A DNA stretch of 64,000 nucleotides from Clostridiales bacterium (GTDB lineage Bacteria; Bacillota; Clostridia; Oscillospirales; Oscillospiraceae): NCBI GenBank assembly GCA_020860385.1, contig JAJBUK010000066.1:75-64074 (forward strand), in the 5' to 3' direction. Positions within the stretch are counted from its first letter, which is position 1, and each line of letters begins with the position of its first letter. The notes below the pieces were generated by a model. It saw nothing but the letters and a program-made list of their open reading frames with translations. It was not told where the DNA came from and did not search any database. Shown here in pieces: positions 10,388 through 21,534 of this stretch. Made by a program: the position numbers and the translations under genes.

Positions 10388-11409
10388 ATGAACTGAATTT
10401 ACTCTGCCTGCTGCCCGGTGTGTCCAGCCGGGAGGAGGCGGTGCGGGACTATCTCGTGTCCGCCGCGGAGCGGTATGTGGACGAGGTGCGGGTGGACCGG
10501 ATGGGCAACGTCATCGCCAGCAAGCGGGGCAAAAATCACAAAACGCCCGTTATGCTGACCGCTCACATGGATGAAGCTGGTGTAATGGCAACCGACTTTA
10601 CAGATTCCGGCTGTGTGAAATTTGACTTTGTGGGCGAGGTAGACCGCCGCACCGTCATTGGCAAGCGGGTTTTCCTGGGAAAGGCGGGAGTGCCCGGCGT
10701 GTTCGGCATGAAGCCCATCCACCTGACCAGCAGGGAGGAGCGCCAGTCCTACCCCAAAACCGGCAGCCTGTATATTGACATCGGCGCGAAGGACAAGGCG
10801 GAGGCCCAGAGCCTCGTCTCCAGAGGAGATGTGGGCGTGTTCGCCAGCGAGTTTCTGAGTTTTGGAGAAGGGCGCATCAAGTCCCGGGCCATCAGCGGGC
10901 GGCTCGGCTGCGCGGTGCTGCTGGAGTTGATGAAGCAGCCCCTGCCGGTGGACTGCACCTTCGTCTTTACCGTCCAGGAGGAGGTAGGCGCACGGGGGGC
11001 TTTCGGCGCGGCCTTCGGGGTGAAACCGGAGCTGGCGCTGGTCATCGGCAGCGCGGCGGCAGACGACCTACCGGATGTGCCGCCGGAAAAATGGGGCTGC
11101 GCCCTGGGTAAGGGCGCGGTGCTGCCCGCCATGGACGGGGGTACCATCTATGACCGGAGGCTGTTCGCCCTCCTGCGGGATACTGCGGAGAAAGCGCAAA
11201 TTCCCTGGCAGCTGCCGGGGGCGCAGGAAGAGAAAACTGATGCCCTGGCGGTGCAGCGCAGCCGTTCCGGCGCACGGGTGGCGGCCATCGCCGCACCGGT
11301 GCGTTACGCCAGAACGCCGTCTGAGGTGGCGGCGGAGGGCGACCTGGAGGCCGTGCTGCATCTGGCGGAGGCGTTTTTGGAAGCCGTTGGAAAGGAGCAG
11401 GAAGGATGA
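10378..11409 (+). CDS. M42 family paralog 2 with a degenerate metal site
   Basis: AHMDE and QEEVG are kept, but DDR reads SGR, DVT reads GSA and RYxH reads RYAR. Confidence 0.85.
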   Translation: MLLNELNLLCLLPGVSSREEAVRDYLVSAAERYVDEVRVDRMGNVIASKRGKNHKTPVMLTAHMDEAGVMATDFTDSGCVKFDFVGEVDRRTVIGKRVFLGKAGVPGVFGMKPIHLTSREERQSYPKTGSLYIDIGAKDKAEAQSLVSRGDVGVFASEFLSFGEGRIKSRAISGRLGCAVLLELMKQPLPVDCTFVFTVQEEVGARGAFGAAFGVKPELALVIGSAAADDLPDVPPEKWGCALGKGAVLPAMDGGTIYDRRLFALLRDTAEKAQIPWQLPGAQEEKTDALAVQRSRSGARVAAIAAPVRYARTPSEVAAEGDLEAVLHLAEAFLEAVGKEQEG

Positions 11410-12410
11410 ATTTGACACTGTTGCAGTCGCTGACGGCTACGTTTGGCGTCTCCGGCTGTGAGGAGGAGATTCGCACATTGATTTTGCAGGAGGCCACGCC
11501 CTTGGCGGACGATGTGACCGTGGACGCCTTGGGCAACGTTATCGCCCACAAACAGGGGAGCGGGCCAAAGCTCATGTTCTCCGCCCATATGGACAGCATC
11601 GGCCTGATGGTCACCCACATTGACGAGAAGGGGTATCTTCGCTTCTGCCAGGTGGGGGGCCTGGAGCCTGCCGCCATTTATCAGACCCCGGTGCGGTTCC
11701 AAAACGGCGTCCGGGGCGTGATTTCCGCCGACGAGGATAAGATGGAGAAGCAGTTCAAGCTGACCGACCTCTTTGTGGACATCGGCGCAAAGGACCGGGC
11801 GGATGCGGAGACCATGGTGAAGGTGGGGGATGTGGCCGCCTATGCTGGTTCCTTCCTGACGAACCGCAGCCAGATCATCTCCTCCTATCTGGACAACCGG
11901 GCGGGCTGCTTCGTGCTGCTGGAGGCCCTTAAGCAGGTGGAACGGCCCCAGAACGACCTGTACTTCGTCTTCTCCGTCCAGGAGGAGGTGGGCTGCCGAG
12001 GGGCCAGGACGGCGGCCTGGTCGGTTCACCCGGAGTACGGCATCGCTGTGGACGTTACCTGCCCGGACGATGTACCCGGCGCGGTACATGAGGGCAGCAC
12101 CGCCATCGGCAAGGGAGCCGCCGTCAAGGTGATGGATCGCAGCGTGATTTGCACCCCGTCCCTGGTGAAGCGGCTCCATGAAATCGCCGAGGCCAGCCAA
12201 ATCGCCGTTCAGGATGATATTCTCACCTGCGGCGGCACCGACGCGGGGCAGATGCAGGTCTCCCACAGCGGCGTGAAAACCGGAGGCATCTCCATCCCCT
12301 GCCGTTACACCCATGCCCCCGCCGAGGCGGCGGCCCAGGAGGATATAGCAGCCTGCATCGCGCTGGTGCGGGCAGTTTGTGAAAGTGAGCTGAATACCCA
12401 TGAATTTTGA
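11406..12410 (+). CDS. M42 family metallopeptidase, paralog 3 (intact site)
   Basis: AHMDS, LDNR, QEEVG, VDVT and RYTH motifs. Confidence 0.9.
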   Translation: MNLTLLQSLTATFGVSGCEEEIRTLILQEATPLADDVTVDALGNVIAHKQGSGPKLMFSAHMDSIGLMVTHIDEKGYLRFCQVGGLEPAAIYQTPVRFQNGVRGVISADEDKMEKQFKLTDLFVDIGAKDRADAETMVKVGDVAAYAGSFLTNRSQIISSYLDNRAGCFVLLEALKQVERPQNDLYFVFSVQEEVGCRGARTAAWSVHPEYGIAVDVTCPDDVPGAVHEGSTAIGKGAAVKVMDRSVICTPSLVKRLHEIAEASQIAVQDDILTCGGTDAGQMQVSHSGVKTGGISIPCRYTHAPAEAAAQEDIAACIALVRAVCESELNTHEF

Positions 12411-13662
12411 CGCGCCGCTGCCCTTTTCCCAGCGGGTACTGGAGCTGAGCGAGCGGGCCCAGCAGGAAATTGCGGGGCAGTTTGCCTCCATCGACGCCAT
12501 TGCGGAATATAACACCCGGAAGGTGCTGTCTGCCTTCCAGAACCATCGTGTGGCTGAGGGCTACTTCGCCGGCACCACCGGCTACGGCTATGACGACCAG
12601 GGCCGTGACGAGCTGGAGAAGATTTATGCCGAGATTTTCGGCGCGGAGGATGCCCTGGTGCGGCTCCAGTTCGTCAACGGCACCCACGCCATCGCCTCCA
12701 CCCTGTACGGCACGCTGAAAACCGGGGATATTCTGGTCAGCGCGGTGGGGGCCCCCTATGACACGCTGCTCAGCGTCATCGGTGTCACCGGCAGCGAGCC
12801 GGGCAGCCTGAAGGACTACGGCATCGGCTACCGCCAGGTGGACATTAAGGACAACGCCCCGGACAAAGCAGGGCTTGCGGAGGCAGTGCAAAACCCCCGG
12901 GTGAAGGCGGTGCTGATTCAGCGCAGCAAGGGTTATTCCACCCGCGCCACCCTGTCCGTGGCGGAAATCGGGGAGCTGACCGCCATTGTGAAGGAGCATA
13001 ACCCCAACGCCGCCGTCATTGTGGACAACTGCTACGGGGAGTTTGTGGAGACGATGGAACCCACCCAGGTGGGGGCTGACTTAATTGTGGGCAGCCTCAT
13101 CAAGAATCCCGGCGGAGGGCTGGCCCCCATGGGGGGCTATGTGGCGGGCCGCCACGACTTGGTGGAGGCCGCCGCCATGCGGCTGACGGTGCCGGGCATC
13201 GGCCGGGAGTGCGGCGCGACCCTGGGCTATAACCGCCAACTCTACCAGGGCCTGTTCCTGGCCCCCCATACCGTGGCCCAGGCAGTGAAAACCGCCGTCT
13301 TTGGAGCACGGCTGATGGAACTGATGGGCTATGAGACGGAGCCCCGCTCCAACGAGACGCGGCATGACATTATTCAGATGATTTCGCTGAATCAGCCGGA
13401 GGCCGTGGTGAAGTTCTGCAAAGGCATCCAGTCCGGCTCCCCGGTAGACAGCTATGTGACCCCGCTGCCCTGGGATATGCCCGGCTATGAGGATCAGGTC
13501 ATTATGGCGGCGGGGGCCTTTATTCAGGGGGCCTCCATCGAGCTGTCCGCCGACGCGCCCATGCGTCCGCCCTACACGGTCTATCTCCAGGGCGGGCTGA
13601 CCTACGAGTCGGGCAAGACCGGCCTGATGCTGGCGGCGGAGGAGCTGCTGAAGAAATCATAA
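12400..13662 (+). CDS. PLP-dependent methionine gamma-lyase family / aluminium-resistance (YnbB-like) protein
   Basis: GTTGYGYDD, NGTHAI, DNCYGEFVE, GSLIKNPGGG and IELSADAP motifs. Confidence 0.9.
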   Translation: MNFDAPLPFSQRVLELSERAQQEIAGQFASIDAIAEYNTRKVLSAFQNHRVAEGYFAGTTGYGYDDQGRDELEKIYAEIFGAEDALVRLQFVNGTHAIASTLYGTLKTGDILVSAVGAPYDTLLSVIGVTGSEPGSLKDYGIGYRQVDIKDNAPDKAGLAEAVQNPRVKAVLIQRSKGYSTRATLSVAEIGELTAIVKEHNPNAAVIVDNCYGEFVETMEPTQVGADLIVGSLIKNPGGGLAPMGGYVAGRHDLVEAAAMRLTVPGIGRECGATLGYNRQLYQGLFLAPHTVAQAVKTAVFGARLMELMGYETEPRSNETRHDIIQMISLNQPEAVVKFCKGIQSGSPVDSYVTPLPWDMPGYEDQVIMAAGAFIQGASIELSADAPMRPPYTVYLQGGLTYESGKTGLMLAAEELLKKS

Positions 13663-13703
13663 AACTGCCCCGGCGCGACTATCCTGCCTTTAGAGGTGGT
13701 GGT

Positions 13704-14393
13704 ATGCGCCGACGGAAGAATAAAGGCAAGGCGGGAACCGCCCGTAGAAGGGGGAGGCTCCTCCTGCTGGTCGGGCTGCTCCTGGGCCTGTGCGGAGCGG
13801 TGGCGTTCGTGACGGATGCGCAGCTGCGCCCGGCTATGATTGCGATGGTATCCTCGGAGCTACAGAATACCATCACGGTCAAGACGGCGGAGGTGTGGGA
13901 GACGCTGGAGGAGGAATCCGGCGTTTCCCTCTCCGATGCGTTGCAGCTCCACTATGCGTCGGACGGCAGCATTGCCGCCGTTTCCATGGACGCCGACACG
14001 CTAAACCGGCTGGGGTCGGCGCTGTCCACCCGGCTGACGGAGGTTTTGAGCGGCATGGAGCGGGAAACGGTGGAGGTTCCCCTGGGAACTGCCCTGGAGT
14101 TTCCCCTCTTTTCCGGCCTTGGCCCAGATGTGCAGGCGGAGATTTTGAACGTGGGCCATGTGACGGCAGAGTTCGACAGCGCCTTTCAGGACGCAGGCAT
14201 CAACCAGACGATTTACAGTGTGAACCTGCTGCTGACGGCGGAGGTGATTCTGCTGCTGCCGGGGGGCACCTACACGCTGGAGGTGGAGACCGTTTTGCCG
14301 GTGGCGGAAACCATTCTGCTGGGGGATGTGCCGCAGGAGTACGTCTCCGTTTCCGGTACCCACAGCGCGTCAGACAGCCTTGCGGAGGAATGA
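13704..14393 (+). CDS. yunB: Sporulation protein YunB
   Basis: N-terminal TM; VPLGTA...GP, FQDAGINQTIY and VAETILLGDVP patterns. Confidence 0.8.
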   Translation: MRRRKNKGKAGTARRRGRLLLLVGLLLGLCGAVAFVTDAQLRPAMIAMVSSELQNTITVKTAEVWETLEEESGVSLSDALQLHYASDGSIAAVSMDADTLNRLGSALSTRLTEVLSGMERETVEVPLGTALEFPLFSGLGPDVQAEILNVGHVTAEFDSAFQDAGINQTIYSVNLLLTAEVILLLPGGTYTLEVETVLPVAETILLGDVPQEYVSVSGTHSASDSLAEE

Positions 14394-16436
<2,043 letters not shown>

Positions 16437-16492
16437 CGTGGGGTGCTCCATAAATTGCCTGTACGGTCACTTGCAGGACATGAAAAACGCCC

Positions 16493-16521
16493 TTGCACAT
16501 TCGTGCAAACTGTCGTATAAT
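16493..16521 (+). promoter_or_regulatory. sigma-A promoter
   Basis: TTGCAC-N17-TATAAT. Confidence 0.65.
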
Positions 16522-16579
16522 AACAGACAGATGGCTTTGGGAGGCAGACCCTTCCGAAGCGGAATCAAGGTGAAGCAGA

Positions 16580-17746
16580 GTGGATATTCGTTTTGCCCAG
16601 CGCATGGATGCGTTTCAGCCGGGCATTTTCAACGTCCTGGACGAAAAACGGAAAGAGCTGGAAGCGGCGGGGCGGCAGGTCTATAACCTGTCTGTGGGTA
16701 CGCCGGACTTCCCGCCGGACGACCATGTGATGGCGGCGCTGGTGGGCAAGGCCTGTCAACCAAAGGAATACCAATACTCCCTGGGCGACCTGCCAGAGCT
16801 GCACACTGCCGTCCAAAACTGGTATCTGCGCCGTTACGGTGTCACGCTGGAGCCGGACGAAATCATGTCGGTGAACGGCAGCCAGGAGGGCCTGGCCCAT
16901 ATCGCCTGGGCGCTGTGCGACCCGGGGGACGTTGTGCTTTGTCCCAATCCCGGTTACCCCATCTTCGCCGTGGGGCCGGAGTTGTGCGGCGCAGAGATCG
17001 CCTACTACGACCTGCTGCCGGAGCGGCACTATCTGCCCGATTTGGACGCCATTGACCCGGAACTGGCCCGGCGGGCGAAGATGATGGTGGTCTCCTATCC
17101 GCTGAATCCGGTCTGTGTGACGGCTCCCCAGTCCTTCTATGAGGAGCTGGTGGCTTTCGCAAAGCGATATAACATTATCATCGTCCATGACAACGCCTAT
17201 TCGGACATCCTGTTCGACGGCAGGGAAGGGCGTTCCTTCCTGTCAGTGCCCGGCGCGAAGGACGTGGGGATTGAGCTGAACAGCCTGTCGAAAACCTACT
17301 GCCTGACGGGATGCCGCATCTCCTTTGCGGTGGGGAATCGGGACATTGTGAAGAAGTTTTCTACCCTGCGGAGTCAAATCGATTACGGTATCTTCTATCC
17401 CATCCAGTACGCGGCCATTGCGGCGCTGGAGGGCCCCCAGGACGGCGTAGCCCGGCGGAGAGCCGATTATCAGGCCCGGCGGGACGCCCTCTGCGGCGGC
17501 CTCCGGTCCATTGGCTGGAATGTACCGGACAGCGAGGGCACCATGTTCGCCTGGGCGCCCATCCCGAAGGGGTTTGACAGCTCGGTGGACTTCTGCTTCC
17601 GGCTGTTGGACAAAACCGGCGTGCTCTGCACCCCCGGCAGCGCCTTCGGCAGCCTGGGGGAGGGCTATGTGCGGTTTGCGCTGGTGCTGCCGCCGGAGCG
17701 TATTCAGGAGGCGGTAGCCGCCATTCAGGACAGCGGGATTTTATAG
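16580..17746 (+). CDS. Class I/II PLP aminotransferase, LL-diaminopimelate aminotransferase-like
   Basis: NGSQEGL, PNPGYP, YPLNP, HDNAY and SLSKTY (PLP lysine) motifs; GTG start. Confidence 0.85.
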   Translation: MDIRFAQRMDAFQPGIFNVLDEKRKELEAAGRQVYNLSVGTPDFPPDDHVMAALVGKACQPKEYQYSLGDLPELHTAVQNWYLRRYGVTLEPDEIMSVNGSQEGLAHIAWALCDPGDVVLCPNPGYPIFAVGPELCGAEIAYYDLLPERHYLPDLDAIDPELARRAKMMVVSYPLNPVCVTAPQSFYEELVAFAKRYNIIIVHDNAYSDILFDGREGRSFLSVPGAKDVGIELNSLSKTYCLTGCRISFAVGNRDIVKKFSTLRSQIDYGIFYPIQYAAIAALEGPQDGVARRRADYQARRDALCGGLRSIGWNVPDSEGTMFAWAPIPKGFDSSVDFCFRLLDKTGVLCTPGSAFGSLGEGYVRFALVLPPERIQEAVAAIQDSGIL

Positions 17747-17846
17747 CTGTCTAATCATCTGTAAAAGGGCATGCAGTGTGGAGGCTGTCTGCTTTTTTGC
17801 TGCGCTTGCAGCAGTATAAACCGTAGAAAAGGAGCGAAAAGAGCAT

Positions 17847-18701
17847 ATGTATCGAATCGTCCGAAAAGAAATTTTGAATCCGACCATCGCACTTCTGGAG
17901 GTGGAAGCGCCTTTTGTGGCAAGAAAGGCGCAGCCGGGGCAGTTCATCATTCTCCGTATTGATGAGAAGGGAGAGCGGCTCCCGCTGACCATCGGCGGCT
18001 TTGACCGGGAGAAGGGTACCATCACCATCATCTTCCAGCTGGTGGGCCTGACCACCAAGGCGCTGGCGAAGATGGAGGAAGGGGAGTACCTGCTGGACTT
18101 CGTCGGCCCTCTGGGGAAGCCCACCGAGATGGAGGGCGTCAAGAGCGCTTGCGTCATCGGCGGCGGCCTGGGCACCGCCATCGCCTACCCCGTGGCAAAG
18201 GGCTTCCACGACGCCGGTGTGGAGACGGATGTCATCGTCGGCTTCCGGAATAAAGACCTGGTGATTTTGGAGGAGGGCTTCAAGAATGCCTGTGACAACT
18301 TCTACCTCATGACCGACGACGGCTCCTATGGGGAGAAGGGCTTCACTACCGCCAAGGAGCAGCAGCTGCTGGAGGCGGGGAAGAAGTACGACGTTATCAT
18401 CGCCATCGGCCCGGTGCCCATGATGAAGTTCGTGGTGAAGACGGCGGAGCCCTTTGGGGTGCCCTGCCGGGTCTCCCTGAACCCCATCATGATCGACGGC
18501 ACCGGTATGTGCGGCGGCTGCCGGGTCAGCGTGGGCGGCAAGATGAAGTTCGCCTGCGTGGACGGGCCGGAGTTTGACGGCTACCAGGTGGATTTTGACG
18601 AGCTGATGAACCGCAACGGCACCTACCGCGATCAGGAGGCGCAGATGACCAAGGATCATATGTGCCGCTTTGAGAAGCTGGGCAAGGATCTCATTCAGTA
18701 A
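17847..18701 (+). CDS. nfnA: Electron-bifurcating transhydrogenase small subunit NfnA-like
   Basis: GERLPLTI, GGGLG and DGTGMCGGCRV...ACVDGPEF [2Fe-2S] motif; paired with nfnB. Confidence 0.85.
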   Translation: MYRIVRKEILNPTIALLEVEAPFVARKAQPGQFIILRIDEKGERLPLTIGGFDREKGTITIIFQLVGLTTKALAKMEEGEYLLDFVGPLGKPTEMEGVKSACVIGGGLGTAIAYPVAKGFHDAGVETDVIVGFRNKDLVILEEGFKNACDNFYLMTDDGSYGEKGFTTAKEQQLLEAGKKYDVIIAIGPVPMMKFVVKTAEPFGVPCRVSLNPIMIDGTGMCGGCRVSVGGKMKFACVDGPEFDGYQVDFDELMNRNGTYRDQEAQMTKDHMCRFEKLGKDLIQ

Positions 18702-18715
18702 GGAGGAATCGCATT

Positions 18716-20125
18716 ATGGCAAACATGAGCCCCAACAAGACTCCGATGCCCTCCCAGGAGCCGGATGTCAGAAATAAGAACTTTGAAGAGGTAGCCCTGG
18801 GCTACACGATTGAAATGGCTCAGGGCGAAGCGGCTCGGTGCCTGAACTGCAAGAAGCCGCTGTGCGTCCAGGGCTGCCCTGTGAATGTGCAGATTCCCCA
18901 TTTCATTCAGAAAATCGTGGCAGGCGACTTTGAGGGCGCTTACCAGGTGGTAGCCAGCACCAACGCTCTGCCCGCCATCTCCGGCCGGGTCTGCCCCCAG
19001 GAGAGCCAGTGCGAGTCCAAGTGCGTCCGGGGTATCAAGACCGAGCCGGTGGGCATTGGCCGTCTGGAGCGCTTCGTGGCCGACTGGCACCGGGAGCACA
19101 GCGACGAGCAGCCGGAAAAGCCCGCCTCCAATGGGCACAAGGTGGCCGTGGTGGGCTCCGGTCCCTCCGGCCTGACCTGCGCCGCCGACCTGGCGAAGAT
19201 GGGCTATGAGGTCACGATTTTTGAGGCGTTCCACACCGCCGGCGGCGTGCTGGTCTACGGCATTCCGGAGTTCCGTCTCCCCAAGAGCATCGTGGCCGGT
19301 GAGGTGGACAAGCTGAAAGCCCTGGGCGTCACCATCATGACCGATATGGTCATGGGCAAGGTGCTGTCCATTGACGAGCTGCTGGACGAGATGGGCTTTG
19401 AGGCCGTCTTTATCGGCACCGGCGCGGGCCTGCCCATGTTTATGAATATCCCCGGTGAAGGGCTGGCAGGGGTCTGCTCCGCCAATGAGTACTTGACCCG
19501 CATCAACCTGATGAAGGGCTATCTGGAGGACTACGACACTCCAGTACTGAAGAGCCATGCAGTGGCTGTGGTCGGCGGCGGCAACGTGGCTATGGACGGC
19601 TGCCGCTGCGCGAAGCGCTTGGGCGCGGAGCACGTTTACATTGTCTACCGTCGGGGCGAGGCGGAAATGCCTGCCCGGAACGAGGAGATTGAGCATGCTA
19701 AGGAGGAGGGCATCGAGTTCCTGACCCTGTGCAACCCGGTGGAGATTCTGGGCGGCGTCACCGAGGACGGCAAGCCCACCGGCCGGGTGGCCGGGATGCG
19801 CTGCATCCGCATGGAACTGGGTGAGCCGGACGCCTCCGGCCGCCGCCGCCCCATCCCGATCCCCGGCAGCGAGTTCGTGCTGGATGTGGACACCGTCATC
19901 ATGGCCCTGGGCACCTCCCCCAACCCGCTGATTCGTTCCACCACCCCCGGCCTGGAGGCCAACCGCAAGGGTTGCCTGCTGGTAGGGGAGGACGGCGTCA
20001 CCACCACCCGTGAGGGCGTGTTCGCCGGCGGCGACGCCGTCACCGGCGCGGCTACCGTTATCCTGGCCATGGGGGCCGGGAAGAAGGCTGCCGCCGCCAT
20101 CGATGCCTATATCAAATCCAAATAA
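18716..20125 (+). CDS. nfnB: Electron-bifurcating transhydrogenase large subunit NfnB-like (GltD family)
   Basis: CLNCKKPLCVQGCP, GRVCPQESQC, GSGPSG, GGGNVA and FAGGDAVTG; no gltB nearby. Confidence 0.85.
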   Translation: MANMSPNKTPMPSQEPDVRNKNFEEVALGYTIEMAQGEAARCLNCKKPLCVQGCPVNVQIPHFIQKIVAGDFEGAYQVVASTNALPAISGRVCPQESQCESKCVRGIKTEPVGIGRLERFVADWHREHSDEQPEKPASNGHKVAVVGSGPSGLTCAADLAKMGYEVTIFEAFHTAGGVLVYGIPEFRLPKSIVAGEVDKLKALGVTIMTDMVMGKVLSIDELLDEMGFEAVFIGTGAGLPMFMNIPGEGLAGVCSANEYLTRINLMKGYLEDYDTPVLKSHAVAVVGGGNVAMDGCRCAKRLGAEHVYIVYRRGEAEMPARNEEIEHAKEEGIEFLTLCNPVEILGGVTEDGKPTGRVAGMRCIRMELGEPDASGRRRPIPIPGSEFVLDVDTVIMALGTSPNPLIRSTTPGLEANRKGCLLVGEDGVTTTREGVFAGGDAVTGAATVILAMGAGKKAAAAIDAYIKSK

Positions 20126-20136
20126 ACCCCTATGCG

Positions 20137-20181
20137 CGCAGAGGGATTGCAGCTATATGCAGTCCCCCTGCGTATTTTTTT
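20137..20181 (+). terminator. Intrinsic terminator after nfnAB
   Basis: CGCAGAGGGATTGCA-gctata-TGCAGTCCCCCTGCG followed by a T-run. Confidence 0.75.
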
Positions 20182-20183
20182 GA

Positions 20184-20234
20184 AAAGAAAAAGAACTGTT
20201 TTTTCTTTCCAAAATAGTATTGCTATGGTATAAT
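20184..20234 (+). promoter_or_regulatory. Promoter of the RCC1 pair with an overlapping A/T palindrome (possible operator)
   Basis: TTCCAA-N16-TATAAT with TGn; inverted repeat AAAGAAAAA-N7-TTTTTCTTT overlaps the -35. Confidence 0.5.
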
Positions 20235-20320
20235 TGGGGCAAAGCTGCGTGGTCGGTGTCTGCGGCCCAGAGGCAGCGAGGAAGAACCGTTACGGAAAAC
20301 CGTTGAGGGGATGATGAAGG

Positions 20321-21502
20321 ATGACGTGGACTTGCCCTGTATGCCATGCCGACAACAGCAGCGGGTGGAGCTTTTGCAAGGAATGCGGCTTTGACCGCAG
20401 CTGTGACTATGAGGGATACCCGACCCTGGCCGCGTCCCTTCCCGCCGGGGCCAGGCCGGTGTCCGCTCTGGCCGCCGCCTGGCAGCAGAAGCTGGTGCCG
20501 GGGGCGCTGCTTTGCCCTGACTGCGGCAATGCGGCGTTTTACTACTCATCCCAGCTGGGGCAGCTGATTTGCACCCGCTGCCGCAGGGCGGTGACGCTGT
20601 CCGGGAAAGCTCAGGTGCGCAGGGACAGACCTTCCGCGAAAACGCCCTCCGTTGCCCTCCAGCGCGGCGCTTCCATCACCTGCGGGGCGGAAAACGTTGC
20701 TGCTGTCAAGGTGGACGGAACCTGTGTCGCAGCGGGGAATAACCGTTCCGGTCAGTGCAGGGTGGAAGGCTGGAAGGATTTAATCGCGGTGGCCGCCGGG
20801 GCCGAACACACGGTGGGCCTCCGTTCAGACGGAACCGTTGTGGCCACGGGGAGCAACTGGAGCGGTCAGTGTGGTGTAAGCGACTGGGCGGGCATCACTG
20901 CGATTGCCGCCGGACGCTGGCACACGGCAGGGCTGAAAGCGGACGGCACCGTTGTGGCCGCCGGGGGCAACGCGGGCAAACGGTGCAATGTGGGAAAATG
21001 GACCGACATCATTGCGGTGGCCGCCGGAGGCAACCATACGGTGGGGTTGCGGGCCGACCACACGGTCGTTGCTGAGGGGGAAAACGGCTTCTATGGACAG
21101 TGCAATGTGAGCGGTTGGCACGATATTGCGGCGATAGCCGCCGGGGCCTGCCACACGGTGGGGCTGCGCACCAACGGAACGGTGATTGCTTCGGGCAGCA
21201 ACGGCTCCGGGCAATGTAACGTGGAAAAATGGACAGGTATCATCGCGGTGGCTGCCGGAGAATACCATACAGTGGGCCTGAAATCCGATGGCACAGTGGT
21301 CGCTGTTGGAAGTAATGTTTCTGGCCAATGCAACGTAAAAAGCTGGAGAAATATCGTTGCGGTGGCGGCAGGAGCCGGGCATACGGTAGGGCTGCGGGCG
21401 GACGGTACGATGGTCGCCGTGGGGGAAAACCAGAGCGGCCAATGCAATGTGAAGAAGTGGCGGGGTATCGCCCTTCCTGCCGCAAATCCAATGCACCGAT
21501 AA
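20321..21502 (+). CDS. Zn-ribbon + RCC1-like 7-repeat beta-propeller protein, paralog 1
   Basis: CPVC..CKEC and CPDC..CTRC pairs, then seven ~38-aa repeats IxAxAAGxxHTVGLxxDGTVVAxGxNxxGQCNVxxW; no signal peptide. Confidence 0.88.
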   Translation: MTWTCPVCHADNSSGWSFCKECGFDRSCDYEGYPTLAASLPAGARPVSALAAAWQQKLVPGALLCPDCGNAAFYYSSQLGQLICTRCRRAVTLSGKAQVRRDRPSAKTPSVALQRGASITCGAENVAAVKVDGTCVAAGNNRSGQCRVEGWKDLIAVAAGAEHTVGLRSDGTVVATGSNWSGQCGVSDWAGITAIAAGRWHTAGLKADGTVVAAGGNAGKRCNVGKWTDIIAVAAGGNHTVGLRADHTVVAEGENGFYGQCNVSGWHDIAAIAAGACHTVGLRTNGTVIASGSNGSGQCNVEKWTGIIAVAAGEYHTVGLKSDGTVVAVGSNVSGQCNVKSWRNIVAVAAGAGHTVGLRADGTMVAVGENQSGQCNVKKWRGIALPAANPMHR

Positions 21503-21534
21503 CTTGACCCACCCAAGAAAAGAGGAAACGTACA

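Noticed and set aside
18716-20125. Glutamate synthase small subunit gltD
   Set aside because: It is paired with an NfnA-type gene and lacks gltB, which fits NfnAB better.
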